Numbered from the stretch's first letter, positions 30,723-41,730 are shown. The stretch is 64,000 nucleotides of DNA from an uncultured Acidobacteriota bacterium (GCA_963822445.1 CAWGHO010000002.1:2144001-2208000), one strand, 5' to 3'. The notes: generated by a model from the sequence alone, not told the origin. Numbers and translations are program-made.

Positions 30723-31106
30723 TTAAGCCGCCGAATCCTGTGAATCGCTGACAGTCGTCGGTTTCGTAGCGATCCTAGCAAGCCTAAAGAGTCCGCTCAC
30801 GGAGAGACACACCCACGCCAGGATGGTCGCCAGATATCCCCAGTAGTAAGCGGTGACCCATCCTGGTACGCCTTCCTCCCAGCTGAACTTAGAAATTACG
30901 CGCAGATCTCCCTGTATAAACCAAGGCATTGCTTGGCCGGGGTGATGTCGGGCCCAGGTGCCTTCCTCACCACCGCCGAACGACACGACATGCGTCGGGC
31001 GAGGCTTAATGACGAAGACACCATTGAAGCCACCCTGTTCGTACACAAGACCAGTGGATAGATAGAAGATCGAGGCAACGATCGTGAGCACGAATACAAA
31101 GCGCAT
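30723..31106 (-). CDS. Hypothetical membrane protein
   Basis: 127 aa with N- and C-terminal hydrophobic helices. Confidence 0.6.
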   Translation of the reverse strand: MRFVFVLTIVASIFYLSTGLVYEQGGFNGVFVIKPRPTHVVSFGGGEEGTWARHHPGQAMPWFIQGDLRVISKFSWEEGVPGWVTAYYWGYLATILAWVCLSVSGLFRLARIATKPTTVSDSQDSAA

Positions 31107-31440
31107 AATTGTGGGCGGAAACCCTGCCGCGACAGAACATTACGGTATCACTGCCGCGTCCGCGCAGCAATAACGCGAACGGTATTATCGCTGCTGCAAC
31201 TTCACGCCTCGTGTTGCCGGCGTGCCGCGCTGGTGCCCGACGATCAGCAGAAGCTGGTGATGCCGAGAACGACCACCGCAGGTCATTTCCAATGGTGCAC
31301 ACGCGGTCGCAGTCCGCGACTATGTTGCCAATACTGTGAAATCGGCAGTTCAAGCATGTCGCTTCAGCTTCGCGATCTGCGTCGTCGTCAGTAACTACGA
31401 AGTCTGAGCAGATCGGACGACATAGCGTTGCAGCATCGCG

Positions 31441-31629
31441 GCCTAACTACGCGTTCAAGCTGATGCGGCCCGGCTTCGGCCCGGCGCTGAAGCGCCTCGG
31501 CCGAACAGTACCAGCGCGGCGTCACGCCGGCCGCATTTTACTCCCGCCGCAGTTAGTCGCAGCGGCCGGCGCGCCGCGCTGCCGTAGCCGCGCGGGACCG
31601 GCCGCACAGCTTAACGTCGGACGTTAGCC
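31441..31629 (+). repeat. attC site 28
   Basis: GCCTAAC..CGTTCAAGCTG...CAGCTTAACG..GTTAGCC. Confidence 0.88.
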
Positions 31630-31681
31630 CGACGACGCCGAGAGCATCGGAAATCCCTTAGTTCAGTGCGAGAATAAGAAC

Positions 31682-32467
31682 GTGACGAACGTGAGTCAGG
31701 CGCTCCCGCAGGTCGCCGCGAGCGACAACTTGTTTTGGTTGTTCAGTTCTGCTGCACAGACGATCGCAGCATTCGTCGCCTTCCTCTTGGCGGGTTACGC
31801 CCTCGTCCACACGATGATGGAGGCAGCCGCAGCCGCAGACGAAACGCTCGTAGAAATCCATGAGGAGTTGAAGCGTCGATACTATCGGCGTCTCGCCGGA
31901 CTGGTGGTCCTGACCGCAGTCGCTATCGTCGCATGTTTCGCGGTAATACTTTTTAATGGCGCAAGCACGCAGTGGTTCATTGTTCTGACGTGGGCGGCCG
32001 GCTTGTTCGTGCTCGCATCGATCGCCGGAGGCGTCGGCTTCGTGATCACTGTGGTAGATCCCGGCAAGTATCGAAAAGCGGCTGTGCAAATGGCACGCGA
32101 AGAGGAGGCACGACCAGCCCCCAAGGTGCCTTGGGAGGGCCTCCCTGAACTCCAAACCGTCAAACGCGGCGACTTTGCCGATGCGTTCATTAATCTCGAA
32201 GAACTCGTGCGACAACTGTGGGAACACCGTACGCATGGAGAACGGCTGCGTAAGACCACAAGTTCAAGCCCTCCTGCCTTTCGTGAAATGCTGCAGGCAC
32301 TCAACCTTTCTGAAGCCTTACCGCCTGCTCTCGCGAAGGAACTCGAGGCGCTGAACAGATATCGGAACCTTGTGTTTCACGGACACCTCAAGACTATTGA
32401 CCCCGACATGGTGCATCGAGTGCGCGACGCCGTTACGGCAGTCGCCCAGTTGCTAAACGCGGGCTAA
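31682..32467 (+). CDS. 3-TM + C-terminal HEPN-like protein
   Basis: Three TM helices, then 'RYRNLVFHG' (RX4H); stop in R''. Confidence 0.75.
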   Translation: MTNVSQALPQVAASDNLFWLFSSAAQTIAAFVAFLLAGYALVHTMMEAAAAADETLVEIHEELKRRYYRRLAGLVVLTAVAIVACFAVILFNGASTQWFIVLTWAAGLFVLASIAGGVGFVITVVDPGKYRKAAVQMAREEEARPAPKVPWEGLPELQTVKRGDFADAFINLEELVRQLWEHRTHGERLRKTTSSSPPAFREMLQALNLSEALPPALAKELEALNRYRNLVFHGHLKTIDPDMVHRVRDAVTAVAQLLNAG

Positions 32468-32659
32468 CTTTGGTGTGAAGCTGGCACGGCCCGGCTTCGG
32501 CCCGGCAGCCGAGCTGCCTACGTCATCGCTAGCGTCACGGCGTCACGGCGGTTGCAGTTCGCCACTCGCAGCACGGCAATTCCTTGGCGGCAACCGCCGC
32601 GCCGCTCCGGCTTCGGCACGCGGGCCCTGGCCGTGCAGCTTACACCAAGGACGTTCGGC
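32462..32659 (+). repeat. attC site 29
   Basis: GGCTAAC...GTTCGGC. Confidence 0.9.
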
Positions 32660-32760
32660 GGACCGGCGTACGGGAACGGGGGAGGCCTGGCAACGGAAGA
32701 CTGATAATCAGTCTGGTACACGAGGCATAACCATCGACGCGGCGCGATGCACTGGCGATG

Positions 32761-33372
32761 CTACGTTTTCGAGTTTTTCGTACGACCACGTTTTGGACGC
32801 TCGCCGACCTTCACCGATAACACGGCCGCAAGCTCGATGAGCTGACTGCACGATTCCTCGAAAGCCGCCTGAATGGACTTGAGTTGCTGGAATGTCGCCG
32901 CAGCCGAGTCTGACGCCTCGGGGGACGGCGGCCGCAGCAGCGCGTAGGTGGTTTGAGTCAAATAGCACTGCATCGCGGCCGTCAAAACTACGGTCGCCGC
33001 TGCATGAATCAGCTTTGACTGAAGTACTGTCGGGCAATCCAGCGGCCATGCGGTGTCGAGTCGCGCGAACGCTTTGCGAAACGCGTCGCTCTCGGTTCCG
33101 GCAAACTCGTGTGCTAGAGCATTCCGCATGTCGTTCCAAGCGAAGAGAACCTTGCGCGTTGCGTTCTCGCTCACCAATTCAACCAATGTTGCGAACCCGA
33201 AGCGCGGCACATCTTCGTGCGACGCCAGTAACCGAGACGCGGCAGCTGAAACCAATAAACGCTCGACCAGCATGTGCGTTTTCAATACAACCAGCTCAGG
33301 ATCTTCAATTTTATCTAGAACGCGCACCATCTGGGGCAAGTCGTTGAACCTGATTGAGCGCGTGATTGTCAT
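32761..33372 (-). CDS. HEPN-like (MtlR-related) protein
   Basis: 'VLKTHMLVERLL...MRNALAHE'; TAAGCT 7 nt upstream. Confidence 0.65.
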   Translation of the reverse strand: MTITRSIRFNDLPQMVRVLDKIEDPELVVLKTHMLVERLLVSAAASRLLASHEDVPRFGFATLVELVSENATRKVLFAWNDMRNALAHEFAGTESDAFRKAFARLDTAWPLDCPTVLQSKLIHAAATVVLTAAMQCYLTQTTYALLRPPSPEASDSAAATFQQLKSIQAAFEESCSQLIELAAVLSVKVGERPKRGRTKNSKT

Positions 33373-33490
33373 GTCGCTTAGCTTACGCGAAACAGCGCAC
33401 AAACCGCGGTCGTGTCGCCGAGACCTTAGATGGCCAAAAACCTGCGGCCGGAATACGACGCTTCACGGAGCGCACGTCCGACCTCGAGCC

Positions 33491-33679
33491 GCCGAACTAC
33501 TGCCAGAAGCTGGCAGCGGGCCGTTTGCCGCGCCCGCCGGCCGAGCCGGCTCGGTCGATCGAAGACGCACGGCGTCACGCCGCGTGCATCCGCGTCAAAC
33601 GGCAGTCGGCAGCACGCGGCGTGCCGCATCGCCGCACGCACGTGGGGCCTCGCTGCAGCTTAGGCGATAGACGTTGGGC
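33491..33679 (+). repeat. attC site 30
   Basis: GCCGAAC...GTTGGGC. Confidence 0.9.
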
Positions 33680-33970
33680 GGACCCGGCACGAAGACGTAG
33701 GCCCGACTTCCATTTTCGCGCTGGCAGTCGCACCGACTGAAGCGGCAGAGCCGCGCGCCAAGGCGTCCGCCACAATCGTTCGTCGTGGTACCCGCCCGGC
33801 CGCCGGCTTGTCGCAAGTGCAGCGCGCGAAACATGGTTCTCGTCGGCAGCCGGCCACAATCGCCTCAAGAGCCAAAATCCACGCCGGCCTGTCGGCCGAG
33901 CACGCGTTCCGCGTCCCTCACCATTGGGCGCGCGCGCTGCTCCCAAGCGCGCAAAGTTTTGCGTGTGGCC
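33680..33970. repeat. Gene-less cassette family, copy 5
   Basis: Homologous to copy 1. Confidence 0.85.
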
Positions 33971-34160
33971 GCCCAACAACTCACAGCAGCTGTCGCGGCC
34001 CGGCTTCGGCCCGGCGGCCGAGCCGCCTGGGCCGAACAGTACCGGCGCGGCGTCACGCCGGCTGCAGATCGGTTCGTTCGTTAATCGCCGGCAGCCGGCG
34101 TGCCGCGCTGCAGTAGCCACGCGGGCCCTGGCCGCGCAACTGAGTGAGATGACGTTGGGC
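33971..34160 (+). repeat. attC site 31 (gene-less subtype)
   Basis: GCCCAAC...GTTGGGC. Confidence 0.9.
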
Positions 34161-34452
34161 GGACTCGGCACGAATAGGTAGGCCGGACTTCTATTACGCG
34201 TTGGCAGACGCACCGACTGAAGCGGCGGAGCCGCGCGCCAAGGCGTCCGCCACAATCGTTCGTCGTGGCTCCCGCCCGTCCGCCGGCTCGTCGCACGTGC
34301 AGCGCGCGCGAAGCATGATTCTCGTAGGCAGCCGGCCATAATCTCCGCGAGATCCAAGATCCGAGCCGGCCTTGCGGCCGAGCACGCGTTCCGCGTCCGC
34401 CATCATTCGGCGCGCGCGCTGCTCCCAAGCCCGGAAGGTCATGCGTGTGGCC
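34161..34452. repeat. Gene-less cassette family, copy 6
   Basis: Tandem with copy 5 but not identical. Confidence 0.85.
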
Positions 34453-34642
34453 GCCCAACAACTCACAGCAGCTGTCGCGGCCCGGCTTCGGCCCGGCGCT
34501 GAAGCGCCTAGGCCGAACAGTACCGGCGCGGCGGCACGCCGGGCCGCAAATCGGTTCATTCGTTAATCGCCGGCAGCCGGCGCGCCGCGCTGCCGTAGCC
34601 GCGTGGGCCCTGGCCGCGCAGCTGAGTGAGATGACGTTAGGC
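34453..34642 (+). repeat. attC site 32 (gene-less subtype)
   Basis: GCCCAAC...GTTAGGC. Confidence 0.9.
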
Positions 34643-34670
34643 TGATATCCCGAGATTCACGGTCGAGCTA

Positions 34671-35231
34671 TCAACGTTCATCGCCCAGTGATCGCAGCGC
34701 GAGGGGTCGTAGCGCCTGGAGTAAGTCGTCAGCTGAGTAGGCGCGTCCGGCCGTGACGCCTCTGGGGGCCGGAGCCATCGGGATGATTAGGTCATCCGTC
34801 TCGGAGTGAAGCCACAACGCCACCACGTACACAGCCGGAATCTTCAGAAGGCGAAGCTCAAAGTCTCCTCGTTGGACCTCATCCAACGCTTCTGCTGTAG
34901 TCAGCGCCTCTATAGTTGCTTGTACAAAGGGTCCATCGTTGACTTCAGAAAACGCAAGCCCACCATCTCCCTTGTCGCTAAGCTCGGCTGCCGAAACCGC
35001 GGCCTCCTGCGTGACGAGCAGGTATCGCCACGCAACCGGAACGGCAGTCGACAGCAGAACGTCCCGGAGAATTGCTTCGCGCCCGATCGTGTAAACTCGA
35101 TGAGGTTGTGTAACGTATTGAGGAGTCGAATCTGCCGCAGCCGAAAAGCGACCTCGTGAAGTGGTTCCGAAGCCGTGCTGGCTGAGTAGCTCCCGGCCCG
35201 GCGTCGGCGGTGGTGGTAAGTGTATCGGCAT
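34671..35231 (-). CDS. Hypothetical partner protein of the cysteine protease
   Basis: AGGAG RBS; 'FELRLLKIPAVYVVALWL'; 11 nt downstream of the protease gene. Confidence 0.75.
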   Translation of the reverse strand: MPIHLPPPPTPGRELLSQHGFGTTSRGRFSAAADSTPQYVTQPHRVYTIGREAILRDVLLSTAVPVAWRYLLVTQEAAVSAAELSDKGDGGLAFSEVNDGPFVQATIEALTTAEALDEVQRGDFELRLLKIPAVYVVALWLHSETDDLIIPMAPAPRGVTAGRAYSADDLLQALRPLALRSLGDER

Positions 35232-35242
35232 GCTGGCTCCTT

Positions 35243-35860
35243 CTACTTTCGCACGGACCGTCGTTTAGTCGAGGCGTCGGGAGGTGCCGGTTGCGTTTCA
35301 TAGGCATGAGTCCACGTTCCGGTGCCTTGATACGCGTTCCGAAAAACGTCCGCGCTGACGATCGAATCGCCATACCAAGGGTCTTTCAATATGAAAGACG
35401 CTTTACCGTAATCGTAGCCCGTGATCACGACAAAGTGGCCCCCGCCTCCGCTCCAACCCACACGTGCACCTATCGGCCGGTTGTCGTCAATCTCCCGCAC
35501 AACTTCCTCAAACGCCTTCGCCTCATGAACAAACCGTTTGAGGTTCCCCGTCAAAGCTAGAACGGAATCCAGATACCACCAGCGGTTGCATTCAGGGCGC
35601 TCCGGATCGGAACAGCAGTCGGTCCGCTGGAGGGCAGCGTTCGCGATGACGCACTGGCTGGTCCACTTGGTAGCCGAATCGTAAAATTGGGCAACGCTTC
35701 GCGCGACAGCTGCCCAGCACCACTGGTCATACTGCTGACGTTCGCCTACGTACCGCACTATTTCGCGCGACCTCTCTGCCTCCGCAGACATCGTAGAGAT
35801 GCGGCGAGGAGTGGGCACCAGCGGTTCGAGGCCGACCTGAAGAACGGAAGGAAGAGGCAT
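35243..35860 (-). CDS. Papain-like (C39/AvrRpt2-like) cysteine protease
   Basis: 'QQYDQWCWAA' (Q/C), 'GHFVVITGY' (H), 'DPW' (D). Confidence 0.85.
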   Translation of the reverse strand: MPLPSVLQVGLEPLVPTPRRISTMSAEAERSREIVRYVGERQQYDQWCWAAVARSVAQFYDSATKWTSQCVIANAALQRTDCCSDPERPECNRWWYLDSVLALTGNLKRFVHEAKAFEEVVREIDDNRPIGARVGWSGGGGHFVVITGYDYGKASFILKDPWYGDSIVSADVFRNAYQGTGTWTHAYETQPAPPDASTKRRSVRK

Positions 35861-35902
35861 ACGTAAGTTCCTGCACCATTTTACGAGACTCTGGAGCGGA
35901 CA

Positions 35903-36089
35903 GCCTAACTACTGCCCGCAGCTGTCAGCGGCCCGTTTGCCGCGCCCGGGGCTGAAGCCCCTCGATCCTACCAAGGCGCACGGCGGCACGCCGCTCGCAG
36001 ATCGGTCGACGTCAATCGCGGCGAGCGGCGCGCCGCTCTGCCCGCGCGCGCATGGGGGCTCGCTGCAGCTGAGGCGACAGACGTTAGGC
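35903..36089 (+). repeat. attC site 33
   Basis: GCCTAAC...GTTAGGC. Confidence 0.9.
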
Positions 36090-36371
36090 GCACGAATCAC
36101 ATTTTCCGTATCCGCGCGCTTTCCATGAACCGCGTACCGGGACGGTCAGCGCCTGGCCGAATCGTCGCCCCAGGAGCGTCCGTTCGATGTATGCGAGCAT
36201 TCAGCTTTCCGCGGCGTTACGGTTGCAGCGGTCGCATTTTGAACGGTCACGATATCATCGGTGCATCGACTCGCGACACGTTGTACTACGCTGTGGGAGT
36301 TGCAGGTCGGGCGAGATGCCCCTTCGCGTTGCCGGTGGTTCGCCGGCAGAAGACCGGGGCGTGGAGGTCGG

Positions 36372-36989
36372 ATGGCCGTAGACCCGAAGGTTAAGGCTTT
36401 AGGCGAACGATTGCTCGCCTTCATGGCGGAGTTTCGTGCTGAAACGGATCGGGCGGCAGCAATTGTCGGTGCGGCCAAGCTTGACTACCTTCTTTATCAG
36501 CTACTCAGTAAATTTCTGCTTCCGCCCACATCAAACAACGACGATTTTCTCGAGGGCGATGCACCTCTCTCGACATTCAGCGCGCGCATTCATGCATGCT
36601 TTCGACTCGGTCTGATTGACGCGCAGTTTGCCAGAGCACTGCACATGATTCGACGCTTACGGAACACATTTGCGCATGAGCCATCCAGCTGCTCATTTCA
36701 ATCGGGTCCACATCACGATCGAGTTCGCGAACTTGTCAATCCGTTCGCGAATAACCCAGGATTTCTGGATATGCGCACCGTGTTCGCTCACGACAAGCCC
36801 GGCGCGGCAGGCTACTTCTACACCATTCTTGGCATATTGATCGTTGGACTAGAAGCGAAGATCGACGAAGTCGTAATGTTGAAGCCGGGTGAGCCCCGTC
36901 AGGTGATTCCTTCATCCTACACGGAGCGTTCACTGGATCGCGACGCCGACGGCAAGCTGGTCAATCTCAAGAAATCCGACGGCGCCTAA
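36372..36989 (+). CDS. MtlR/DUF4145-like (HEPN fold) protein
   Basis: GGAGG RBS; 'ETDRAAAIVGAA.LD...PLSTFSARI...LRNTFAH'. Confidence 0.8.
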   Translation: MAVDPKVKALGERLLAFMAEFRAETDRAAAIVGAAKLDYLLYQLLSKFLLPPTSNNDDFLEGDAPLSTFSARIHACFRLGLIDAQFARALHMIRRLRNTFAHEPSSCSFQSGPHHDRVRELVNPFANNPGFLDMRTVFAHDKPGAAGYFYTILGILIVGLEAKIDEVVMLKPGEPRQVIPSSYTERSLDRDADGKLVNLKKSDGA

Positions 36990-37183
36990 CTACTGCCAGG
37001 AGCTGTCGGCGGGCCGTTTGCCGCGCCCGGCGCTGAAGCGCCTCGTTCAGCGTCGAATGGCCGGCGGCACGCCGGCCGACATGCTCTCGCGCCGCTGATC
37101 GCGGCGCGACTCACTGCAGCCGTCGCGCCGCGCCGCCGCACGCACGTGGGGCCTCGCCGCAGCTCAGGCGATAGACGTTGGGC
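36984..37183 (+). repeat. attC site 34
   Basis: GCCTAAC...GTTGGGC. Confidence 0.9.
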
Positions 37184-37477
37184 GGACTCGGCACGAAGAA
37201 GGTAGGCCCGACTTCCATTTACGCGTTGACAGTCGCACCGACCGAAGCGGCGGAGCCGCACGCCAAGGCGTCGGCCACAATTTTTCGTCGTGGCACCCGC
37301 CCGCCCGCCGGCTTGTCGCACGTGCAGCGCGCGCGAAGCATGATTTTCGTCGCCAGCCGGCCACAACATCCTCGAGACGCATCAGCGAGGCCGGCCTGTC
37401 GGCCGAGCACGCATTCCGCGTCCGGCACCATTTGGCGCGCGCGCTGCTCCCAAGCGCGCAAGGTTATGGGTGTGGCC
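37184..37477. repeat. Gene-less cassette family, copy 7
   Basis: First of three tandem copies. Confidence 0.85.
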
Positions 37478-37666
37478 GCCCAACAACTCACAGCAGCTGT
37501 CGCGGCCCGGCTTCGTCCCGGCGCTGAAGCGCCTGGGCCGAACAGTACCGGCGCGGCGGCACGCCGGCCGCAATTCGGTTCATTCGTTAATCGCCGGCGG
37601 CCGGCGCGCCGCGCTGCCGCAGCCACGCGGGCCCCGGCCGCGCAGCTGAGTGAGATGACGTTGGGC
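37478..37666 (+). repeat. attC site 35 (gene-less subtype)
   Basis: GCCCAAC...GTTGGGC. Confidence 0.9.
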
Positions 37667-37954
37667 GGACCCGGCACGAAGACGTAGGCCCGACTTCTAT
37701 TTTCGCGTTGGCAATCGCACCGACTGAAGCGGCGGAGCCGCGCGCCAAGGCGTCCGCCCCAATTCTGGTCGTGGCACCCGCCCGTCCGCCGGCTTGTCGC
37801 ACGTGCAGCGCGCGCGAGGCGTGGTTTTGCGTAGGCCGGTGACCACAAACCTCGAGACGCAGCGACGAAGCGGGCCTTCGGCCACGCGCGCTCCGCGTCA
37901 TGCACGATCGGGCGCGCGCGCTGCTCCCAAGCGCGGAAAGTTATGCGTGTGGCC
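37667..37954. repeat. Gene-less cassette family, copy 8
   Basis: Subtype B interior. Confidence 0.85.
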
Positions 37955-38144
37955 GCCCAACAACTCACAGCAGCTGACGCGGCCCGGCTTCGGCCCGGCG
38001 GCCGAGCCGCCTAGGCCGAACAGTACCGGCGCGGCGGCACGCCGGCCGCAAATCGGTTCATTCGTTAATCGCCGGCAGCCGGCGCGCCGCGCTGCCGCAG
38101 TCGCGTGGGCCTTGGCCGCGCAGCTGAGTGAGATGACGTTGGGC
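37955..38144 (+). repeat. attC site 36 (gene-less subtype)
   Basis: GCCCAAC...GTTGGGC. Confidence 0.9.
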
Positions 38145-38435
38145 GGACTCGGCACGAAGAGGTAGGCCCGACTTCCATTTACGCGTTGGCAGTCGCACCG
38201 ACCGAAGCGGCGGAGCCGCGCGCCAAGGCGTCCGCCACAATTGTTCGTCGTGGTACCCGCCCATCCGCCGGCTCGTCCCACGTGCAGCGCGCGCGAAACA
38301 CATTCTTTCGTAGGCCGGTCGCAATCGCCGCGATTGCCGCGATCCCCGCCGGCCTGTCGGCCGAGCACGCATTCCGCGTCCGTCACCATTCGGCGCGCGC
38401 GCTGCTCCCAAGTGCGCAAAGTTATGCGTGTGGCC
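38145..38435. repeat. Gene-less cassette family, copy 9
   Basis: Appears identical to 11131-11421. Confidence 0.85.
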
Positions 38436-38625
38436 GCCCAACAACTCACAGCAGCTGTCGCGGCCCGGCTTCGGCTCGGCGGCCGAGCCGCCTAGGCCGA
38501 ACAGTACCGGCGCGGCGTCACGCCGGCTGCAGTTCGGTTCATTCGTTAATCGCCGGCAGCCGGCGCGCCGCGCTGCCGTAGCCACGCGGGCCCTGGCCGC
38601 GCAGCTGAGTGAGATGACGTTAGGC
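38436..38625 (+). repeat. attC site 37 (gene-less subtype)
   Basis: GCCCAAC...GTTAGGC. Confidence 0.9.
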
Positions 38626-38681
38626 TGAACGCTCCAAGAGCGCACACCTCTCTCGACCTCACGATCTATTAAGCTGAGCCA

Positions 38682-39539
38682 ATGGATGAACGAAGCCTGC
38701 GCGACGCACTCTTTCAAAGTACGGTTCGTATCGTAGTGACCAGTCGCCGCGAGGGCTCAACCATTCGACTCGTCGATCCACCCGAGGTGGCCACGGGCTT
38801 TCTGCTGCAACCCCCGACGCGAGTGGTCGCGAAGCCTCAGATATTCGTCGTCACCGCCGCGCATGTTGTTGAAGATGCGGAGGATGCGAGCATTTACTTC
38901 TTTCGGAGGGTACCTGGGCCTGACGGATCTAGACTGTTCGAATTCAGACGGAAGGCTTTCTTCGGAGAACTCTGGCATTACTCGACCGACAGAGAACTAG
39001 ACATCGCCGTTACGCCAGTCGCACCCAGTAGTGAAATCGCCAGCGCCGTTCAAGACGTGCAGGCGCAGCTTACGGCTTTCATGTTGTACGACGGCCGATT
39101 AGACTCGCACGGACATCCATTCAAAACGCACGACTTTGAAGAGGTGTTATTTGCAGGCTACCCCCGAGGATATTGGGATCCTTTGTCCGGCTCACCGATC
39201 GTCAGGCGTGGCGTGACAGCGACGCCGCTTAGCGTGGACTACCATGGCGCCCCAGCATTCCTGGTCGACGGGGCGGTGTACCCCGGCTGCAGCGGCGGAC
39301 CGGTGGTGGTCATTGAGCAAGAAGTCATTGTGCCATTCGGCCTACCTGTCGAATGGATCGAATATCAGACAATCCGGCTTGAGGAGCGGTTCAGGTTTCT
39401 GGGCATGATCACGCACGTTCAGCATGAGCAAGGCAATCCCCACGCGCTCCTTAATCTGGGTCGTGCGATCAAGGCGGACGCAATCTTCAGCACGATCCGC
39501 CACTATACGCAGCTCACAGATAGCCGAGGGTCAGCCTAA
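38682..39539 (+). CDS. Trypsin-like serine protease (no signal peptide)
   Basis: 'VTAAHVV' (H), 'LDIAV' (D), 'PGCSGGP' (S). Confidence 0.85.
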   Translation: MDERSLRDALFQSTVRIVVTSRREGSTIRLVDPPEVATGFLLQPPTRVVAKPQIFVVTAAHVVEDAEDASIYFFRRVPGPDGSRLFEFRRKAFFGELWHYSTDRELDIAVTPVAPSSEIASAVQDVQAQLTAFMLYDGRLDSHGHPFKTHDFEEVLFAGYPRGYWDPLSGSPIVRRGVTATPLSVDYHGAPAFLVDGAVYPGCSGGPVVVIEQEVIVPFGLPVEWIEYQTIRLEERFRFLGMITHVQHEQGNPHALLNLGRAIKADAIFSTIRHYTQLTDSRGSA

Positions 39540-39721
39540 CTACTGCCAGAAGCTGCCGGCGGGCCGTTCGCCGCGCCCGGCGGCCGAGCCGCCTACTACC
39601 TCTCGAGATGCGCGGCGTCACGCCGCTTGCATCCGCGTCAACGTCAAATGCGGCAAGCGGCGCGCCGCTCTGCCCGCAGGCACCGGGGGCCTCGCCGCAG
39701 CTTAGGCGATAGACGTTAGGC
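39534..39721 (+). repeat. attC site 38
   Basis: GCCTAAC...GTTAGGC. Confidence 0.9.
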
Positions 39722-39729
39722 CGACGAAG

Positions 39730-41154
39730 TCAAAGCGGATTCCAAAGGGACGCCTCGTAGTGGTTATTAGGAATAAAGTTGAGCGTCCAGTCTTGAATAT
39801 CTGTGGGCGCTATCACATGGCCGTCCGCGGATTTACATTCATTCTTGAAGCGCATATCACATTCGACCAAAAAGCCGTTCTTGTGAACCCCGCGCAAGAC
39901 AGGAACACGAGGGAGTTCACGGGCAACGGTAGGATCGGCGACGAGCGCTCCCGCGAATGCGTAGAACTTTCTTTCGTCAGTGGCCGCGTGACGTAAGGCG
40001 GCGGCCGCGAAGTCATTGTAGAGAGATTGGTCATAGCGTGATAATCGAACCCATAGATGCCGTGACACCGTAGGCAAGCCTTGTGTGTAGTCGGCGTACC
40101 AAGCGTCCATCAGCATGACAAGCTCATTGTGGTCGAGAGCGGACGCGTTGTGGGTTGAAAGTGCGTACAGATAGCGTGAGCACCGCTCTAGAACGGTGAG
40201 TAGAACCTGCCGGCTCTCGGAGTCACGCGCCAGACCAAGCACTCGCAGCGGCTCCAATGACTGCGTACGCTTTCGCTCGAGTATGAGCGCGCCGAGACGT
40301 CCCGCGGTTTGGTAGTGCGCGTCATTGCTAATCGTGGCTAGCGATACCAATTCTGTCGCGTCGAGCTGCTCCGAGCGTGTCCACGCCATTACGGCCGCCC
40401 GAACTACGTAAATGTCAGCTTCATCACGAAACTCACGTTCCTTCGATCGGCCAGCGAGTGCATCCCGTACAGCCTGCAAGACGGAGGTGCGATCTGACCC
40501 GTTCCGCGAGTTCATCAAGATCTTGCGACCAATATTCTTAGTAGCGGAATCTGTGGTGTGTTGCACTGTCGCTCGTGCCGCGTCGAGCAGTTCAGCCTCC
40601 GTCTTCGCGGCATCGACGTCGTAATAGGCGCCTGCCCCGAGGTGTGGTGCGTATAGTCCTGAATCGTACAGTAGTAAGGCAACACGCATAGCAGGTGCGG
40701 CGCTCGCTCGGTCGCGAATCGCTTCAGTTAAGGCGGCGATTTCGGCATTCGTCGGTCGCGGGACTACCTTTTCCCTCCAGCCCACACCGCGCTGTCTCTG
40801 AACCAACTGCGTCTGATACTCCCATTTAGAAAGTACGAGCTGGCGACGCGTCCGACCGAGTTCGTCCATGTATACCTTCATGATAGGATCTGATCGCAGG
40901 CGTTCCTGAAGCAGAACGTCGATCCGGCTAGACATTTCACTCGTGGTGCGAATGCCGAAAAGGAGAAGCCCAACGGAGATGGCGGTGATTACGAGTCCCA
41001 GTAGCCAGCACACGAACTTGATGGACGTCCTCTCAAACTCGTAGGTCTTTTGTACAGTTTCCGAAAAAACACTCCAACGGCGTGTGAGTTCCTCATCGAG
41101 ATGCTTGCGAAGCTCCAACTCGAGTCCGGTAGCAGTATCTTTCGTCTCATCCAT
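39730..41154 (-). CDS. Single-TM helical hypothetical protein
   Basis: ~474-aa ORF filling the cassette; AGGAG RBS; N-terminal TM. Confidence 0.75.
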   Translation of the reverse strand: MDETKDTATGLELELRKHLDEELTRRWSVFSETVQKTYEFERTSIKFVCWLLGLVITAISVGLLLFGIRTTSEMSSRIDVLLQERLRSDPIMKVYMDELGRTRRQLVLSKWEYQTQLVQRQRGVGWREKVVPRPTNAEIAALTEAIRDRASAAPAMRVALLLYDSGLYAPHLGAGAYYDVDAAKTEAELLDAARATVQHTTDSATKNIGRKILMNSRNGSDRTSVLQAVRDALAGRSKEREFRDEADIYVVRAAVMAWTRSEQLDATELVSLATISNDAHYQTAGRLGALILERKRTQSLEPLRVLGLARDSESRQVLLTVLERCSRYLYALSTHNASALDHNELVMLMDAWYADYTQGLPTVSRHLWVRLSRYDQSLYNDFAAAALRHAATDERKFYAFAGALVADPTVARELPRVPVLRGVHKNGFLVECDMRFKNECKSADGHVIAPTDIQDWTLNFIPNNHYEASLWNPL

Positions 41155-41223
41155 GGTCACGGCTCCTATCGTAGGAGTGTCCCGCGCGTACGACTTCCCT
41201 ACCTCCCGAATGAACGCGCCGCG

Positions 41224-41411
41224 GCCTAACTACTGCCAGGAGCTGTCGGCGGGCCGTTTGCCGCGCCCGGCGGCCGAGCCGCCTAGCGCGTCCCGAGAGG
41301 CATGGCGTCACGCCGCTTGCAACCGCGTCAACGTCAAATGCGGCAAGCGGCGTGCCGCTGTCGCCGCATGCATGCGGGGCCTCGCCGCAGCTCAGGCGAT
41401 AGACGTTAGGC
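41224..41411 (+). repeat. attC site 39
   Basis: GCCTAAC...GTTAGGC. Confidence 0.9.
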
Positions 41412-41730
41412 CGACGAGCCAGAGTCGCTCCTCAGCGGCTTCCGTGAATCTCCGCGACGTGGGCGCGTATGCACGTTTCTCAGCAGCGTATGCCTCGCAG
41501 GACGGCGGCCGACGACCGCGTTCCTCCGAAGCGCGCGGAACCCATTCAAGGTTCAGGCATCAGTCCTGCACCACCGCAAGGTTACGCCTAGGCGCCGCCG
41601 GTAAGGGTGTCTAACTGGCCTTGCTCTTTCCCGCTTTACTCCGTTGGCAGACGGGGAAATTTACGAGCGTCCGCAGCCGCCCATTCGACTCTCATCTTTA
41701 AAGCGGCTCGGCCTCTGAAAGGAGGTCCAT

